In this document: positions 36,220-51,049 of the stretch, piece after piece
How positions within the stretch are numbered: the first letter of the stretch is position 1
Layout: each line of letters opens with the position of its first letter
NCBI RefSeq assembly: GCF_964204645.1
Contig: NC_134025.1
Coordinates: 14,384,001-14,448,000 of the forward strand
DNA from: Tubulanus polymorphus
Taxonomy: Eukaryota; Animalia; Nemertea
Direction: 5' to 3'
DNA: 64,000 nt
Program-made: the position numbers and the translations under genes
Notes under the pieces: generated by a model
The model's database searches: none
What the model saw: only the letters and a program-made list of their open reading frames with translations
Told to the model about the DNA's origin: nothing

Positions 36220-38330
36220 GTGGTGTTATTTTATCTCGCGACAATTCGAAAATTTTTGGCTGACGTTCAAATTGGTAGAAGGAAAGTAAATGAAAATTTT
36301 ACCGTAGTGGATTTAGTTGGTCTTTCCTTGCTCGGAAAGGAGACCGCCGAAAAATTAGGAGACCTCAAGGTAGGCACAGTAGCTTCAAGTGAAGATGTCA
36401 GCGTACATCGACGAGTTGAAGAAACAGTTCCCCTCCGTGTTCCAATGGATTGGGAAATTAGAAAATTATCAGGCATCGATTCATATAGATACTTCTGTTA
36501 AGCCAGTTGCGCAACCGATGCGTCGTATACAGGTAAGTATTCGAGATAAACTAGAGCTGAAAATTAACAAACTTCTACGCGACAATATTATTGAACCAGT
36601 CGAGGGTCCTACCGGGGTAAGCCCCATCGTCATTGTTCCGAAAAAGAACGGCGATATATGCCTATGCGTCGACATGAGGTAGGCTAATAAGGCTGTAGTT
36701 CGCGAAAGGCACCCTATTCCTACAGTGGATGAACTTTTAGAGCGTATATACGCAAGTACTGTTTTCAGTTAGTTGGATTTAAATCAGGGTTTCATCAAAT
36801 TGAGTTGGATGAACCGTCACACGTAATCACAACATTTTCGACACATCTCACACTGTTTCATTATAATCACTAGATGTTCTGGATAAGTTCCGCTCCGGAG
36901 AAATTTCAGAGGATAGTCCAGCAGGTTGTTGCTACGTGTGAAGGCTGTGAGAATATCTCCGATGATCTGTTCGTCCATGATGAAGGTCAAGAACAACATG
37001 TTCGTAGGTAGATGTTCGTTCTTCTAAATTTGGAGGAAAAGGGACTTACCGTAAATGACAAGTGTCTATTTAGATTGCCTGGATTGGAGTTTATGGGGCG
37101 TCTATTTTCGAAACACGGGATTTCCCCAACCGAAGAACGTGTACATGCCAGACCAGAATCAGTTCAAGAAGTGCCAAGCTTCTTGGGTCTTGTGAACTTT
37201 TTTTCACTGTTTCAACCTGAATCTTGCGACACGTGCTGAACCATAATGTAGGTTAACACATCAGGATGAAAAGTTCGAGTGGGGTGACGAAAAAGAAGAG
37301 TCATTCAATGATCTCAAAGACTCGCTAAGTAATACCGATACTTTAGTCTATTTTCAAAGAGGCGTTGACACTGAAAAAATTGTGGACGCTAGCCCGGTCA
37401 GTTTGGGAGCCATATTGGTTCAAATCCAAGATAACATGAAACGCGTAGTAGCTTATGCTAGACGCAGCCTGACTCGTGAATGCAGATAATCACAGACTGA
37501 ACAAGAGGCTCTCAGAATTGTGTGGGCGTGTGTACATTTCCGTGCCTACCTTTACGGGACTAATTCTACTATTGCTACAGATCACCAGCCTCTGGTGTTT
37601 ATTTACTCGGAAAAACTGCGTCGTTCGAAATTGTGTTCAATTTGGGGACTGGAGAAAATGCCCCTCGGATTTCAAACCAGTGAGAAATGAACTGTGCGTC
37701 AAAGGAAAGTTGATTTTGCGTGGATGGCGATTAGTCATACCAGAGACATTGCGTAAACAAGTAGTCGATTTGGCCCACGAGAGACACCAAGGCTTGGTCA
37801 AATCGAAAGAAAGGTTGAGGTGTAAGGTGTGGTGGCCAGGGCTTGACAGATTCGCCAAGTTGCGTTGCCATTCCTGTCAGGGGTGTCAACTTGTAAGCCA
37901 GCCATCACACCCCGAGCCGTTAAAACGAATCGAATTGCCTACAGCTGCATGCCTAGATACTGCCGCTGACTTACTGGGTCCGATGCCTGGAGGTGAATAG
38001 GTGCGTGCGGTTGTAGATTACTTCAGTAGATATTTCGAAGTTGCGATAATGACCGAAATTACGTCCGAGAGGGTTATCGAAGAGCTGGAGAAAATGTTTG
38101 CAATATTTGGGCATCCGTTCATGTTAAAAACCAATAACGGGAGACAGTTTGTCTCCAAGGAATTTGAATTGTTCTTGCAAATTAATTGTTTTGAACATCG
38201 ACTAAGCACTCCTTTGTGACCAACGGTGAAATTGAAAGACAAAATTGTTAGATATTAAAACCTATTAAAATGCGTATTGCACATGCCAAAAGGAAAGATT
38301 GGGAGCGTGAATTGTATAAGTTCCTGTTAT
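36220..38330 (+). pseudogene. Decayed Ty3/Gypsy pol (RT, RNase H, integrase)
   Basis: VSPIVIVPKKNGDICLCVDMR, VDASPVSLGAIL, AHERHQGLVKSKERLRCKVWWPGLD...CQGCQ, VVDYFSRYFEV, NGRQFVS, NGEIERQN. RT-RH-IN order with many lesions. Confidence 0.92.
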
Positions 38331-41300
38331 GCAGCTGTCAATGAATTGGATCAACCCAATGAAGAAAATGTAAATCAATTTAATTCAATTCAATTGAATG
38401 AACATCTGAAGTGCCACCTGGTGGTAATTTTCGGAAATAACTTACATGGTCGCAAAAACTGACGTCGTCGTAACAACTAACGTCGCCCCAAATGCATTAA
38501 AGTATTACGTTGCTGTAAAAATATAAATTCTTATGTCAGGACAATATTATGTTGCAAAAAACATACGTCGGTGCAGCGCTCATATTTTTTTCAGTTATCA
38601 CGTTCCATATGAAAATATTTCTGGAGCTAGTAGATTATTCAACGTTTTTACTATATTCTCATAGTCATCGTCAGGAATAATCACTGAGCTCAGGAAAACC
38701 GATTTCCACAACTATTCATATCACGAATTCCAAATGGCCTGACTGATGGGCTCAACACATTCACCTGTTCTTATTGTTGGAAGTTTCTTTCTAGGTCAGT
38801 GTTCTTGCTGGGTCGAAATTAAAGCAAGGCAGTGCTCAGAAATCTGCGAGTCAAGGGGCACTAAACCGGAAAAATTTTATATTTCTAGGTGCTTAGATGC
38901 GTTTTCCCAGCATTTGGGGGCCATAATTAACTGGTTTAAATTAGGTGATTACATGTGTTATGTAGCAGCGATTGTCGGAAGTTTGCATGAGGCACTTCTC
39001 TGCTGTAGATTGGTAGGCTTATGTGCATTAAATAGTTCCATGTTCTCATATCTGTTAATATGATTTAATTTTATCATTAACAGCTTAGAGGAAGCATTTA
39101 TTAATTTCGATTTGCACAATATTTAAGTAAATTTGATAAGTTATGATGATAAAGTTTTTCATCTCGATAGGAGACTAGAATAATTGAGGCCGCTGGTTCG
39201 TCCATTACGCGCGCTCTGAGCACAGTGGTATGAGGAATATTGCCATTGATTTCTTTCATTTTTAACACACGGGGAAATCCTTGGATATTTATAAGCCCTA
39301 CCACCGACAGTTCAGTGTGCGCTCCCATTCCCGCAAAACTATACAATTATTGATTTTTAGAGTCTCTAAGTTACATGGAGCTATGAAGTCTGTGTTTATA
39401 CAATTATTTATGCGCCGATAATAAAATTGAGCGTGTGAACCTGACAGTCTTAGAAAGCTAGGTAAGTGCTTAAACTCCCGATCATTTCTCATGGGCTTGC
39501 ACGCTTGCAAGCCCATCTTGCTATCACATGGATTGATAACTAGCTTGGGGAGTCGATAACTTTCGTTAAAAACTTTCTTGGGCTCTGATATTTACCCACA
39601 TTTAATGCAGTCATAAAATCCAGGTTCCTTTCGTTTATTAGCTATATCAGTTGTCGTTTTCTTTTTTTTGTGATTTTGTTTAATCGGTTTTCTTGGATGT
39701 GCATGCGTGATCAGTCTAAATTGGTATTCATGCGTGGCATAGTTCTGACGAAAATCGAATTCATTCTTTATTGACACAATTAAAATTTCACAAAACATTT
39801 ACTTTCATGTTTTTAAAGATTATTTTAATTTTCTTTTTACTTTCATTGCGTGTTTACGTTAGCGGCCATTTGAAAAATCTTTGTATGAACATTTATATTT
39901 TTTTAGTTTATCTAAAACTTAAAACCGCTTTTCTGTAAAATAGATTGTGAATTGAATTGACTGGTTCCCTGTCTCTTCAGAGAGCCAGGGGCGATATTCT
40001 ATGGTGGCATATAACTTTATCAGATGATCGTAGTGGATTGTCATTTGAAGGAAATGCAACTTATTTTTGCTTTATGTCTTTATTATTTAAAAAGAAAAAT
40101 TGTGGCTCCTATCTATTTTCGTGTTCGCTTCTCTTCACCCGAAGTCACTCGAGTTAGTCACGTTTTTTCTTTCAGCTGTAAATTTTTCTATTCAGCAAAA
40201 TTATTTCAACATAATGTTCATATTGATCTGGCTATTATCAACATCTATACTATAAAGCAGAACAGGCGGTAATTACCGCGACACATTGTAGGGAAATTAA
40301 TGCATGTATTGAAACGTCCTTTTACTGGTGCTTAATACCAGTTTTTCCCGTCGTCAAGTTACATGTTTCAAACAGATTGGTGGTCCGAGGGAGTCACAAT
40401 ATTCATTTTAAGCCTGGGCTAAAATTCGGTTAAAAAAGATGTGTTCGCCATCTGACAGTAGAGTACCGTACTATGCTTCTGTTGTAATACTATATTTAGG
40501 ATACACAACGCAGCTTCATGACATTACATGACACAGTTCTCTCAACACTGATTTGTGCCTCAGTTGTTGAAACATTGATTAAGACATTCATACATGTAAT
40601 CTTTGGATCAAAATTAATATGATTGGACTTGGCTATGTGTTCTCTGATCGTGTTGCCGGCCCATACGCACCGTCACAGAATGGTTCTTGGAGGGGGACAG
40701 GCCCATTGCGCAGTTTTTCAGAATGATTCCATACCACGGAACTGACAGATAGGGAGGCCGAAACGCAGTCTTTCAGAATGGCTCTGGGGGCTGCTGATGC
40801 GTGCGTTCGTGGTAAATTTTATAAGAGAGCATTAAAATAGCACGGTTTTTGGGCAGGGGTAAACAAATAATGTACTAACTTTGTACACGGAGGGGGTCAA
40901 AGAAAAATTTACGTACTTTTCTGACAGGGGCTTTCTTAAGAAAATGTATGTATATATGAGAGATATGAAAAAAATAATGTCAAACAGTGATAAATACAGA
41001 ATCCTCATATCTTTGTCGGGCGACTATCTCAACAATTTTCAATTAATAGTGCCACAATTTAAGCATGATATAGTGCAATTCGTTGGTTGATTGGAGGGGC
41101 TTTTTAAAAGAATGTACAGGTGGTGTGGTCAATATAGTAAGTACAAAGATCGAACAAGGAGGGGCCTCAAAACAGCTGGGGCAGAATTAACAGTTCGTTA
41201 TTCGAGCGATAGGTTTTGTACACAGACAGGTCAGACTGGGTAGAGTTGGTGTGGGGTTGGTGCCAAGAATTCTGAACATTTGAAGCAAGATACATTTCCC

Positions 41301-41764
41301 GGCCAATTAAAATGAATGATTTTCGTTAAAAATAACATGATTCGGCATTTATGCGCCGAGGATGTGTGCTCACGACCAACATAGCCGTGCACTCAACGAC
41401 AAACCTGTCCATTGGATGGGTATCCAGCTAGTATGTTAGATTCCGAAAAGACAACACAATGTTCAAATAACAACCATCTAAAAGCTTGTACTAACTTGGT
41501 CCATGTCCACAATAAAACCATTCCGATTCCCAGTCCCCCAGGTGTATCATTTCATGTAACGATGTAAGATAACACCGATCTCTTAGCTCTTTAAAAAGTT
41601 ATCAGTTCAAAGTTCGATTAATTCTACTAGAGAAATACCAAGCTTTCATTACAACCATGTCAGCAAGCCCATTTTTAGAATTTCGTTTAAGCATGGCAGA
41701 ATCTCTTTTAAATCCCTCAGCGAGAACACTGCAGTTATGTGTTGTGGCAATTCATTTATTTCAG

Positions 41765-41925
41765 GATGGGTTCCTTAGTGGAAAAATTCCTGTTTCCAGC
41801 GTAGAATTCGAATCGGCAATTAGCAGTTTGATATTTGAAGTGATTGAAGAAGAAAAGACTGTTGCTGATGCTACACACGAATCATTATTGTCATACTTCA
41901 GAGGTGTACCACAAAACTACAACAG
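41765..41925 (+). CDS. M16C peptidase-like gene, exon c
   Basis: tttcag acceptor and AG|gtaat donor. Reads DGFLSGKIPVSSVEFESAISSLIFEVIEEEKTVADATHESLLSYFRGVPQNYN(R). Confidence 0.88.
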
Positions 41926-42289
41926 GTAATCCTGACCTAAATTAATACAGACCCTTCCAATTAATCCGGATTGTTACAGATTGTTATAGTAATATCGGTC
42001 CGCACTTTAATTGAAAGTGGAAAATTTCTGAAAATTTCTTTATTGAATATCGGTAGGTGATACTGGACCGTAAAAGCATCCCGAACTATGAAAGTGTTCA
42101 TTGATAGTATCTCTGCCATTCCTTGGAAGAAAATCATTTGTCAAAACGAAATCAGTGTCAAAGTTCATAAAGTGCATATTATATGTATAACATCGTAATC
42201 GGACGTGACTACCTATACGGAATTTCCGTATTTTGTCCGAAAATTTGACTGTCAGTATGGTAGTACATTTAGGTTTTGAAAAATACGGC

Positions 42290-43530
42290 TTTTGTTTTTA
42301 TGAAAAACTTTTTACAATATACTTGTTCAAACGGAAAACTAAACATTCTGACAAGAGAATGAAAACGATTCTATTCGATCGAACAATTGTTCGAACAAAA
42401 AATATTTCGTATGGACAAAAAAAGTTTGTTGGAAGGAAAACAACTTTGTCCCAACGATTTTTTCAAATTGGTTCAATCAAACGAAATATTTTTGATTTGA
42501 ACAAAAAATCTTTTTATTTCGACGATAAAAATTTCGAGCACAACGTTTTTTGAACTAAAAAAGATCTTTCTGGTGATCCGCAGTAACTTAAGTCATTAGG
42601 AATTAATTCTTCATTTTTGCCAATAAAATATTGTTAATAATTTTGATTGTTCATTGGAAGTCAGAACCAGTTAATCACTTATACATGCATTTTAATAAAT
42701 CTGATTACTCCTTTATAGTGAATTGAGCTTTAACCTAGTAGAGGCTGCTAGCCTACGTAGGCCTAGGTATATGCGTAGGCCTAACATCCAGACGGATTGG
42801 TCTTAGGCCTATCGAATTTCAACCCTCCTTAACATCGTATTCCTACACTTAACATTTAACAGGGATAGGTCTCTTGGATATTCAATTCGTAAAATCGATT
42901 TCAATTTCGGGTTATGAATAAAGAAATCTTTTGTACATCGCAGCAATGTTGCCGGATTATTTTTGCAAATTTTGTTTTTGAGTTCAATCCATGAGTCCAT
43001 TAATTGTCACAACAACTACATCTGTTTGTTTGAGACAGTAGATCTCAGTATCGGTGGACCTAAATGTCACGTACAACTCATTCAAGCGACCCGAGAAACG
43101 ATCTCCTATCCCCCTCCGTGAACACTTACTTCGAATGTAAGCGTGAGTCTGGCTTACTGATGAGAATGTGTCATATACTTGTATCTAGTAAATATCTTGT
43201 AGATTTGGTAATGATCACTATGTCTGTAGGAAAAATTGAATGAAGCTCGCGGCGGAATCAAGTAATACATTCTTTTATTTTGATTCCTCGTCGACACAAC
43301 AGCTTTTCTCCGACGGATAATGATATGTCATATACAGGTATTTGGTAAATATCCCGTGGATTTGGAAAAGCTCGGTATATACTGTAGAACAAATAGAATA
43401 CTGATGCATGGTTGAAGCCCGGGGCCAAATCACTGTAGTAATAAATTCATTTATTTTGATATCTCGTCAACACCACAGCTTTTCTCTGCTGAATCTGCTC
43501 GGCCTGTTTAGTTTAGGCCTACGACTCGCC
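42290..43530 (+). mobile_element. Internal fragment of the HINE family, containing the empty BEL insertion site
   Basis: Matches the reverse complement of 1-240, then 14712-14885 joined directly to 22095-22460 across ...CTGTTTGTTTGAGAC (~43022-43036). Confidence 0.7.
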
Positions 43531-44795
43531 GGTGCTTAAATGATTAGTCACAGTGCTGAAGTGATCAGTTTGACAAGTTAAGTCGCTTGTATACGGTAAT
43601 CGCTTTCGAGAAGGCAGTTTTCTTTAATTCTGACATGGATTTCATTTAACTTTGCCGCTTAGTTTGTCTGATGTACGAGGCTAACACGCGCGCGCGCCGC
43701 CGATGTATGTGAGTGCTGTTCCTACGATCATCACTGAATGCTGACTGCATGCATCATCGGGAAGTGATTTTGACTTTAAGGTCAGCCATACACTGAACCT
43801 ATTTCTATACAAATGGAGCGAATTAAATTGACCAGATGGTTTCCGGACGAAAGGCTTTTTCACTGTGCAACCTGGGCATATATTCATGATACAAAGTGTG
43901 CCGAATTTTGAGAAAGGGCCTCGTTAAAATTTACATCAGGTTTTTCTAAAAAATCTGAACAGAAAGCTGTCAGATTTAAAAAGTCAATCTGAAAGCATTG
44001 TCTCCTCTATGATTGGCTTAGCCGCTGAAGTCATCATGTGTTCACGTGATTCTGCGGTATCGACGGCTGTTTTATATGCGGATTTAATTTTAAGATTCAA
44101 AATTGTATTTATTTCAAGACCGATTCCTGTGATACACCATTAGTCAATTTGGTTTTTGGGAGGAAGTTTGCACTTCTGAATCCTTGACAATTGTTCGGGA
44201 AAAATAGCTTTTTCTCAAATCGGATAGATGGCCTTCATATGCAAATTAGCCATGTCACTTTTACTTTATCGAGCAAAAAGTTCAAATTCATCGAATTCCG
44301 TTTTATTTTAGTCTACGTTCAAATGTACTCATTAGACGATCGGTAAAGATTGATCTTAGGTATTCTTTCGTGCCAGCCCCAGTGTCTCTGTTAATATTGT
44401 TACTTATAAACACAGCCAGTCTAGTGAAAAACGATCTTTGTCATTCAAACCTACTGGGGCTGGAGAACTGACCACATGTTTGAAGTCTTGATATTTTCCG
44501 TCCTTATTTTCGATCTAATTGTCTGTAAAAAGTCAGTCTTCTCCCATCATTTGAATTCAATCGAATAGTTTTCACTATTTTTCATTTGTTTTGCTTAGAC
44601 TACCAATGTTTGATTTTGGTGCTGATTAAACATACACTCATGTTAATTTAGGAAAGTCCATATTAAGAATTTCGTTTCTTTTTCTTTATGGTGCGCAAGG
44701 TTGAAAGCCGTGGGTTTCATATTTTTTGAGAAATTTACCAAAAAGTGCCAAAAATCCTATTTATTTGAGCACATTTTTTTGTGCAGCATCTTTAA

Positions 44796-45277
44796 CCCAT
44801 TAGCACTCAGGAATTGCACTATGTAGTGTCAAAAACTCCAATAACTCCTCAGAAAATTCAAGGTAAAATCTAAGTTCACCATGATACCGAATAGCTCATT
44901 TGCTGTTTATTTCCATGCATTGCACGTTAGTTTTATTTTGTAGTAAATAGTCAAAGCATTCATATGATGTATGAATTGATAAGGTGGCCACCAAAATCGT
45001 GTCCTTTTGGTCCCCCGAAATTCATCCAAACTTACTCGGATTTGAAGTGAGCGCTCAGATGTGTCATGTACTTGAAATACTCGAGAAATTGAAATAGGAG
45101 GATGTTGATTTCTGTTTGGTATTTCAAGGACTTAGGTGTGTAGTTTATTATAAGCTATTGGGTTTGAATCCCACTATAACCATTATCGTGCAGCATATGA
45201 AAAAAGTGCCGGGACGGATTTGGGCGGCTTGAGGAGTAATAGGCAGAGCGGATACGGGCGGACTGAGTGCTAATGGG
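44796..45277. mobile_element. piggyBac-like MITE (482 bp)
   Basis: TTAA|CCCATTAGCACTCAG ... CTGAGTGCTAATGGG|TTAA, perfect 15-bp TIRs. Confidence 0.9.
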
Positions 45278-46348
45278 TTAAATGTCCAAAATTACACGTG
45301 TGAAAATTCAATGCTATTTTCGTTGGAAGAACTTTATCTAAGATCCAACGCTTTGTTCGGTAGTTAAAGGCTTTCAAAGTGGAACCCATCAAAATCTTGA
45401 TTATATAAAATTTTTATGTTGACCCGGTTTTGACCTCCATCATGATGTCATAACATTGAATGAGATGGATCAGCAGGTGCACGTTATTTCACTAAATATG
45501 GCCACACAATTCATTTCTAGCGCGAAGACTGATACTCAAGGCGTATGATATAACAATTTATTGTGTGCGATGTGTTCAATGATTCATCTAGTTATGATAT
45601 CCTGTGCATGAGGTAACGTTGCATCAAGATATCTGACGAAAATGTGGTTTCAAAATGAAGAAATTTACTACGGTGTGTTTTGCGCGTAACGACGATTTGT
45701 CTGAGTGAAGATGTAAGCTACTTAAAGCAATCATATCGTGAAATTATAAAAAAGGATGTCGGTAGATAAACTTTGTTTCGTCGGTAACCGGCATTGGCCT
45801 CAAATTTGAAGAACTTGGGAGCTTCTGTCCTGATTGGTCGATATGATAATGAAAAACCTCCGATGAAACCCAGGCTCTCACCAAGTTTGCACCGTATTTA
45901 ACAGGTCACTCATAGTTTTAGTTGTTTAAGTCATTCAAGGGATGTATTAAAATTTTTGCAATGAATTTTTGGAAGGACCGAAAGCGGCATTTTAAGGGCC
46001 CGTTTTGATTTATTTTTGTCATTAAAAAAATCTGTGCAAAAAATGTATATCTTTTTGGTGGGCACATTCAAATTCTGAAAGTAGGACTAGTCTACCCCCA
46101 AATTCACCTGTGCATTCAGTCTCATGAGAACTAACATCTAAAACATTTAACCTTGACCGACCTCTACTCAATTTCTTGAATTATTGTATAATTAATTAAT
46201 TGAGGTTGATTCCTTGATTCTGTAATCCCAAAGAAGAATTCATGAATAATGCTGTAAGAGGACACTTGAATACCAGGTATTCAAATTTAACATAAAAATT
46301 GTAGGTGTCCGGGTCTACGGGCATTTCATTAACAAATGTTCTCTTTAA

Positions 46349-46915
46349 CTCTTACCGGCAATCGGTCGCTAGCGACCGATTTCAATAGACCAGCTATAGT
46401 GAATAGGATAGTCAAGTATTGATTTCGGTGAAGCATTCTCATTTTCTTGTAAGCAGATGGCGACACCAGACGGCGGTCAAAGTCTTACAAAGCAGGAAAG
46501 TGATATATCATACATTTGGCATGTATTAGGGGGTATAGAGACCACGTGTCACGTGGGTCAGATTTCCGAAGTTGAAACGATTGTTAGTAGTAATGGCAAA
46601 TGCACTAAAGACGTTCTCTAGTAAGTTTGGCTGATATTTTAGACATAGTTATGAAAGATTCTGATGATAATTCGTATTGGGATTAATCTGATGACAGTGA
46701 TTATGGATGGCCCGAAAATCTGGATGACCTTGGGGTCAGACCCTGAAGGAAACCTCCAAAGTTCGCAAACTCGGTACCATTCGAAAGCTTATGAAAAGAG
46801 CTTTCATAAAATACACACAATATGTGATTACCCCTCATATCTACTGAGTTATTCAGTTTTCTCCATGCAAGGTCCAAAATCACTCACAGGCCGAAAAATA
46901 CTTGCCGGTTAAAGG
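46349..46915. mobile_element. Degenerate piggyBac-like MITE
   Basis: TTAA|CTCTTACCGGCAA ... TTGCCGGTTAAAGG. The right-hand TSD is not intact. Confidence 0.5.
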
Positions 46916-47186
46916 TTTTGAGATTTACTTTCCAAATGATACTAAGTATATAAATGACGACCTGGGATCAGACTTATAGAAAAAAAACACATTTGTTTTA
47001 AATCAGTAAAATTAAATAACTGGATCATTGACCTATGTTTTACACAATATTCTATTTAGAGGGCACTTGAATTTAAGGGTTTCTCTAGTTGGACTCGCGC
47101 TAATATGACATATGCATGGTTTCCTGTTCATGATAACTCTCTATTTTAGTTTTACACTCTAAACTTGTCTGTCATATTTTCAATAG

Positions 47187-47339
47187 AATGCTTGTGAAGA
47201 AGATTGCAGATGTGACAATCGAAGAAATGCAGCGTGTTGGTCCAAAATATTTCTTACCACTGTTTGATCCGACAATGTCAAAAATTGTTATTTGTTGTCA
47301 TCCATCGAAAGTTGAAGAAATTAAGACAGCAATGAAAGA
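47187..47339 (+). CDS. M16C peptidase-like gene, exon d (missed by the ORF track)
   Basis: ttttcaatag acceptor and GA|gtaagt donor. Reads MLVKKIADVTIEEMQRVGPKYFLPLFDPTMSKIVICCHPSKVEEIKTAMK. Phase 2 in and out. Confidence 0.88.
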
Positions 47340-47534
47340 GTAAGTGGTGCCAGGACTTACAGAGAAGTTAACTTTGTGCAATTTTTCCTCAATCTCATTT
47401 CCACTTAATCTCAAAAGCATGTGACCATGAACATTATTTACCAAATACGGTGTCCAGGAGGTTAGTGCCATCCAAATTCTCGGATATACTCTGGTGCCTA
47501 ATCATAGAAGTCCCACAATTCAAATTTTATATAT

Positions 47535-48262
47535 TCCGCATACCTCGGAGTCATACACCTCGGAATATTGCATAGCTCAGAACAAATCTAAAATATTTTT
47601 CTTAATGCAATTATTTCTCAAATGAAAATCTCCGAGTAGCTCGGAGTTGCATTCGTCGGAATATCGCATACCTCAGAATAATTTTTTATAAATTGAGTCC
47701 TAAAATCGTGTACCTCGGAAATTCTGAACATCCTCCCGACAATATTTTTTCAAAAATGCATCCCTAGCCTACTGCATGGCATTATTTTTCGTTAAAGGGG
47801 CTGTTGCAAGAATGCATATAATCAGCTGATGATCGTAAAAATTGGAATTGGCCAGTCGCGCTAGTTCTCAGCTGTCTTAAATACGAAAAGCCAATTGAAT
47901 GGATGTAGGCGGAGCTATAGACTTGTCACTGCACATCAAACCCACATGTTTTTAAATTCTCTCAACTCGAAAGGAGGGGCTTTACTTGGTGTACTACAGT
48001 ACGATGTTTTGATTGAAAAGATGACAAGTCAAATCTCCCGGGGGATATGAGGTTTTGATTGAAATAACAATAAAAGCCTGTCAGATATAGTACATATACA
48101 ATGTTTATTCAACATAGATTAGTATAAGAAGGATAATTTGAGCCCACATGTCAGCAACAATTTTTTTATGACAAAATTAGCGGACCTTGTATACCTCGGA
48201 AATCGCATACCTCAGAAAAAAATTTCGCAGTCCCAAGAATTCCGAGGTAAGCGGAGTCTACA
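47535..48262. mobile_element. Tc1/mariner-pogo-type MITE remnant with repeated TACCTCGGAA motifs
   Basis: Many tacctcgga/tccgagg copies. Right end TTCCGAGGTAAGCGGAGTCTAC. Confidence 0.5.
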
Positions 48263-50640
48263 TGTACAACGCTCGCCTGTGTAACAGCCCTCATCAGGTA
48301 GAATCAGAAATGAAAAGTTCAGTATTTTTTGCGAATATATGGTCCATCCGGAAAATAAATACCTTCATTCTGTGGAGATCACGTGGGCACTTTCAGCTAA
48401 ACACTGCTCTTCAACGGGTAGGCCGCAGAATCACGCTTTCGACGTCATTGTGAGAAAGCTGCGCTGATTGGTTGCTTAGGGAATACCCTCAGCAGATGCG
48501 GTATTCCCCAAACAACCAGTTTAGCTGAACAAGAAATTGCACAAGGCATACACGCCATTTTGACGTCTTCGGTAAGTGAAGTTCATGTTTTTTGCTGAAT
48601 ATGATAGAATTGTTTAATTTTGTGTAAGATCCCAGTTAAGTATGGCAATGCTGGGTCCATTGTTGATGGAATTCTGCCTTTGATTTATTCTGTCAATGTT
48701 GTGCAAAATTCTTAGAAAAACTAAAGTAAACAACTGTGGTGTTAGATGTAGTTTTCTGTCGATTTCTAGCAACAAACCGTCATTTACCTAGGCTAATGTG
48801 TATCAAAGCTACATTGCATCGATATCAAAGTATCCAGCGTAATTTTTAGTTGTATACGATTTCTTTTCAACCACATTTACGGCCCTTCTAATGATTATTA
48901 ATTATCATATTCAAATTAAACTTTATCAATTTCCCATGGGAGGAAATCTGCTCTCAGCTGCGTATGGGCCTATGTAACCATAAAATGAGTAAAATATTTC
49001 CTTTTTTTTCAGATTCATTGTTCTCAATCTCTGCTTCGGGATTCCTGCTTAGGTGAATTTTTCTTTCAGTATTGCTGTCATTTGAATATGGGAAGGGGCA
49101 AGTTATTGTGACAGTTGTCATAGACTTGCATGGGGTTGGGGGATGAATGAAAATGAAATGGCCAGGTGGGAGCGTCTGCCAAAATTTTTCTTAGGTCTTG
49201 ACTTAGATTTTTTCGCAAGCAACGCCAATGGTAACTAGATCTTGGGGTTTTCCATGGCCGGCCTTACATATCCTAACTTGACAAGCCCCGACAGTGTATT
49301 GAATACCTTTTATTTTGCGTTTTGATTGGGCAGAAACTAAATTGGTACATTTTTATTGTTTCAGATTTTGTCAAATGAATGTTGAATGATACAAAATCCC
49401 TATCTACACTAGACAGTGGTTTCTATTCATCTATACAACAGCAATAACCGCTTTCCTCAGAATAGCTTCAAAATCGATACTCCACTGGAGTGAAAAGCAT
49501 TTCCTACCTGAACCAACCTAGTGGTACCAGCATGTGCAGTAGTGATAGATCGGACATTGAATTTCCCTCAGACTGCACATTTTAAAAAAGTTGAAGTTAA
49601 TACGATTCAAGTCTCAATGGACTCTTCTGTTCATCAACAACTTGTTGGCAATCAATTTGTTGTGCATTTTCAAAAATATCGAGAAGCAGGTTGATTTAGA
49701 TCTAATCACATATGTTTCATTCAGCCATCTATCTTCACTACAAATCCAGAAAATAGAGAGCGTGGTTCAATGTTTATTTTGATGTGAGCATAGAATTAGT
49801 TGTACAAGTTAGTTGAAATGTCCAAGCTTATTCATACTTTGCTAGTGGTAACGAGTAATCTTGAAATCTTAATAGCAAAGACTGTCTTGTTGATTTTTTA
49901 CCATTAAACAGGTCCTTAAGTAAAATTGCTGAAATATGTCATATATATCGTTACATTAATAACTGTGTTTGTAATGACAAAAAATGTGTTATAATCAGGC
50001 CTTTATGTAATGTCGAGAGATTTTATATTTCAATATTTTTGAAAATATTTTCAATAAAGTTGGACAACCATTTGTTGCCTTCTCGGCGAAGTTTTTGCTG
50101 TGGCTGTTATTTATCTCCTTTTATGAGGTATTCAGTGATGTGGAGTTTGAAACTGGAATGGTTGGATTGAGCATCAAACATAAAACTCACGGAATTTCCA
50201 GCGAAAAGTTTCAGCTCATGCTGATCGTTGAGAAAATAAGCCCAGAAAACAGAATTAAGACAGTATTGAATTCTAAATTACATTTCAGCACAAGTGGTGA
50301 CATGTATATTTGTTATACATGTAATTGCAATTGATACATTGATCCAGCCTGATCAGCGAGGTGGGACTTGTTTCTTTTCCCAAAATGGTACTTCCGATTA
50401 ACTCCACGAAGTCTCAAGGTCCATATCTTTCTTGAGATTGATCCATTAAAGAAAGGATGGGGGGTCGGGGTCTTGGGGTCTAGGGGGAAAGTTGAGAGTT
50501 AAGATCGTAGCACACTTAAAGAACAGACCGTAAGAGCATCTTATAAAACCAGTGCTACGATCTCTGAAATCTTTTTTACAACATTAATGCGAACCATGCT
50601 GTTGTCTAGACCCACTGTCTGCATGCTTTCAACAAATCAA

Positions 50641-50642
<2 letters not shown>

Positions 50643-50685
<43 letters not shown>
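50643..50685. repeat. (AT)n microsatellite, ~21 units
   Basis: Direct reading. Confidence 0.97.
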
Positions 50686-50687
<2 letters not shown>

Positions 50688-51049
50688 CCCTTTAGGGATT
50701 TCTGACCTTCAGTGCATGTGACTGCTGCAGCAGTAGTTAGGCTTTACTTCTAATATTTCAGCGTTTTTTAAACGCCTCTGTTTTCATCCCTGTGACCAGA
50801 ACTTACATAGCATATAAACTTGCAGGACAAAAGCTATACGTCAGAATTAAGATAAACAGAACAAGCAATAAATGAACATAACCAGGGAAACCACGAAATT
50901 CCACGAAACAGTTCAAAATCAATACAAATTATGTAACTAGTGCAGTAGAAGTGGATTGAGATAGCAGAGTGACAGGTAGAATAATGAGAATAATGAGTTG
51001 ATACGTGTAGATGTATGTCGGCCAAACTCCGCAAAGTGGGGGACTTTCG

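Noticed and set aside
39490-39545. Hairpin ATGGGCTTGCA-CGCT-TGCAAGCCCAT as a Helitron 3' end
   Set aside because: The nearest CTAG is ~23 nt away, farther than typical, and no matching 5' end or second copy was seen.
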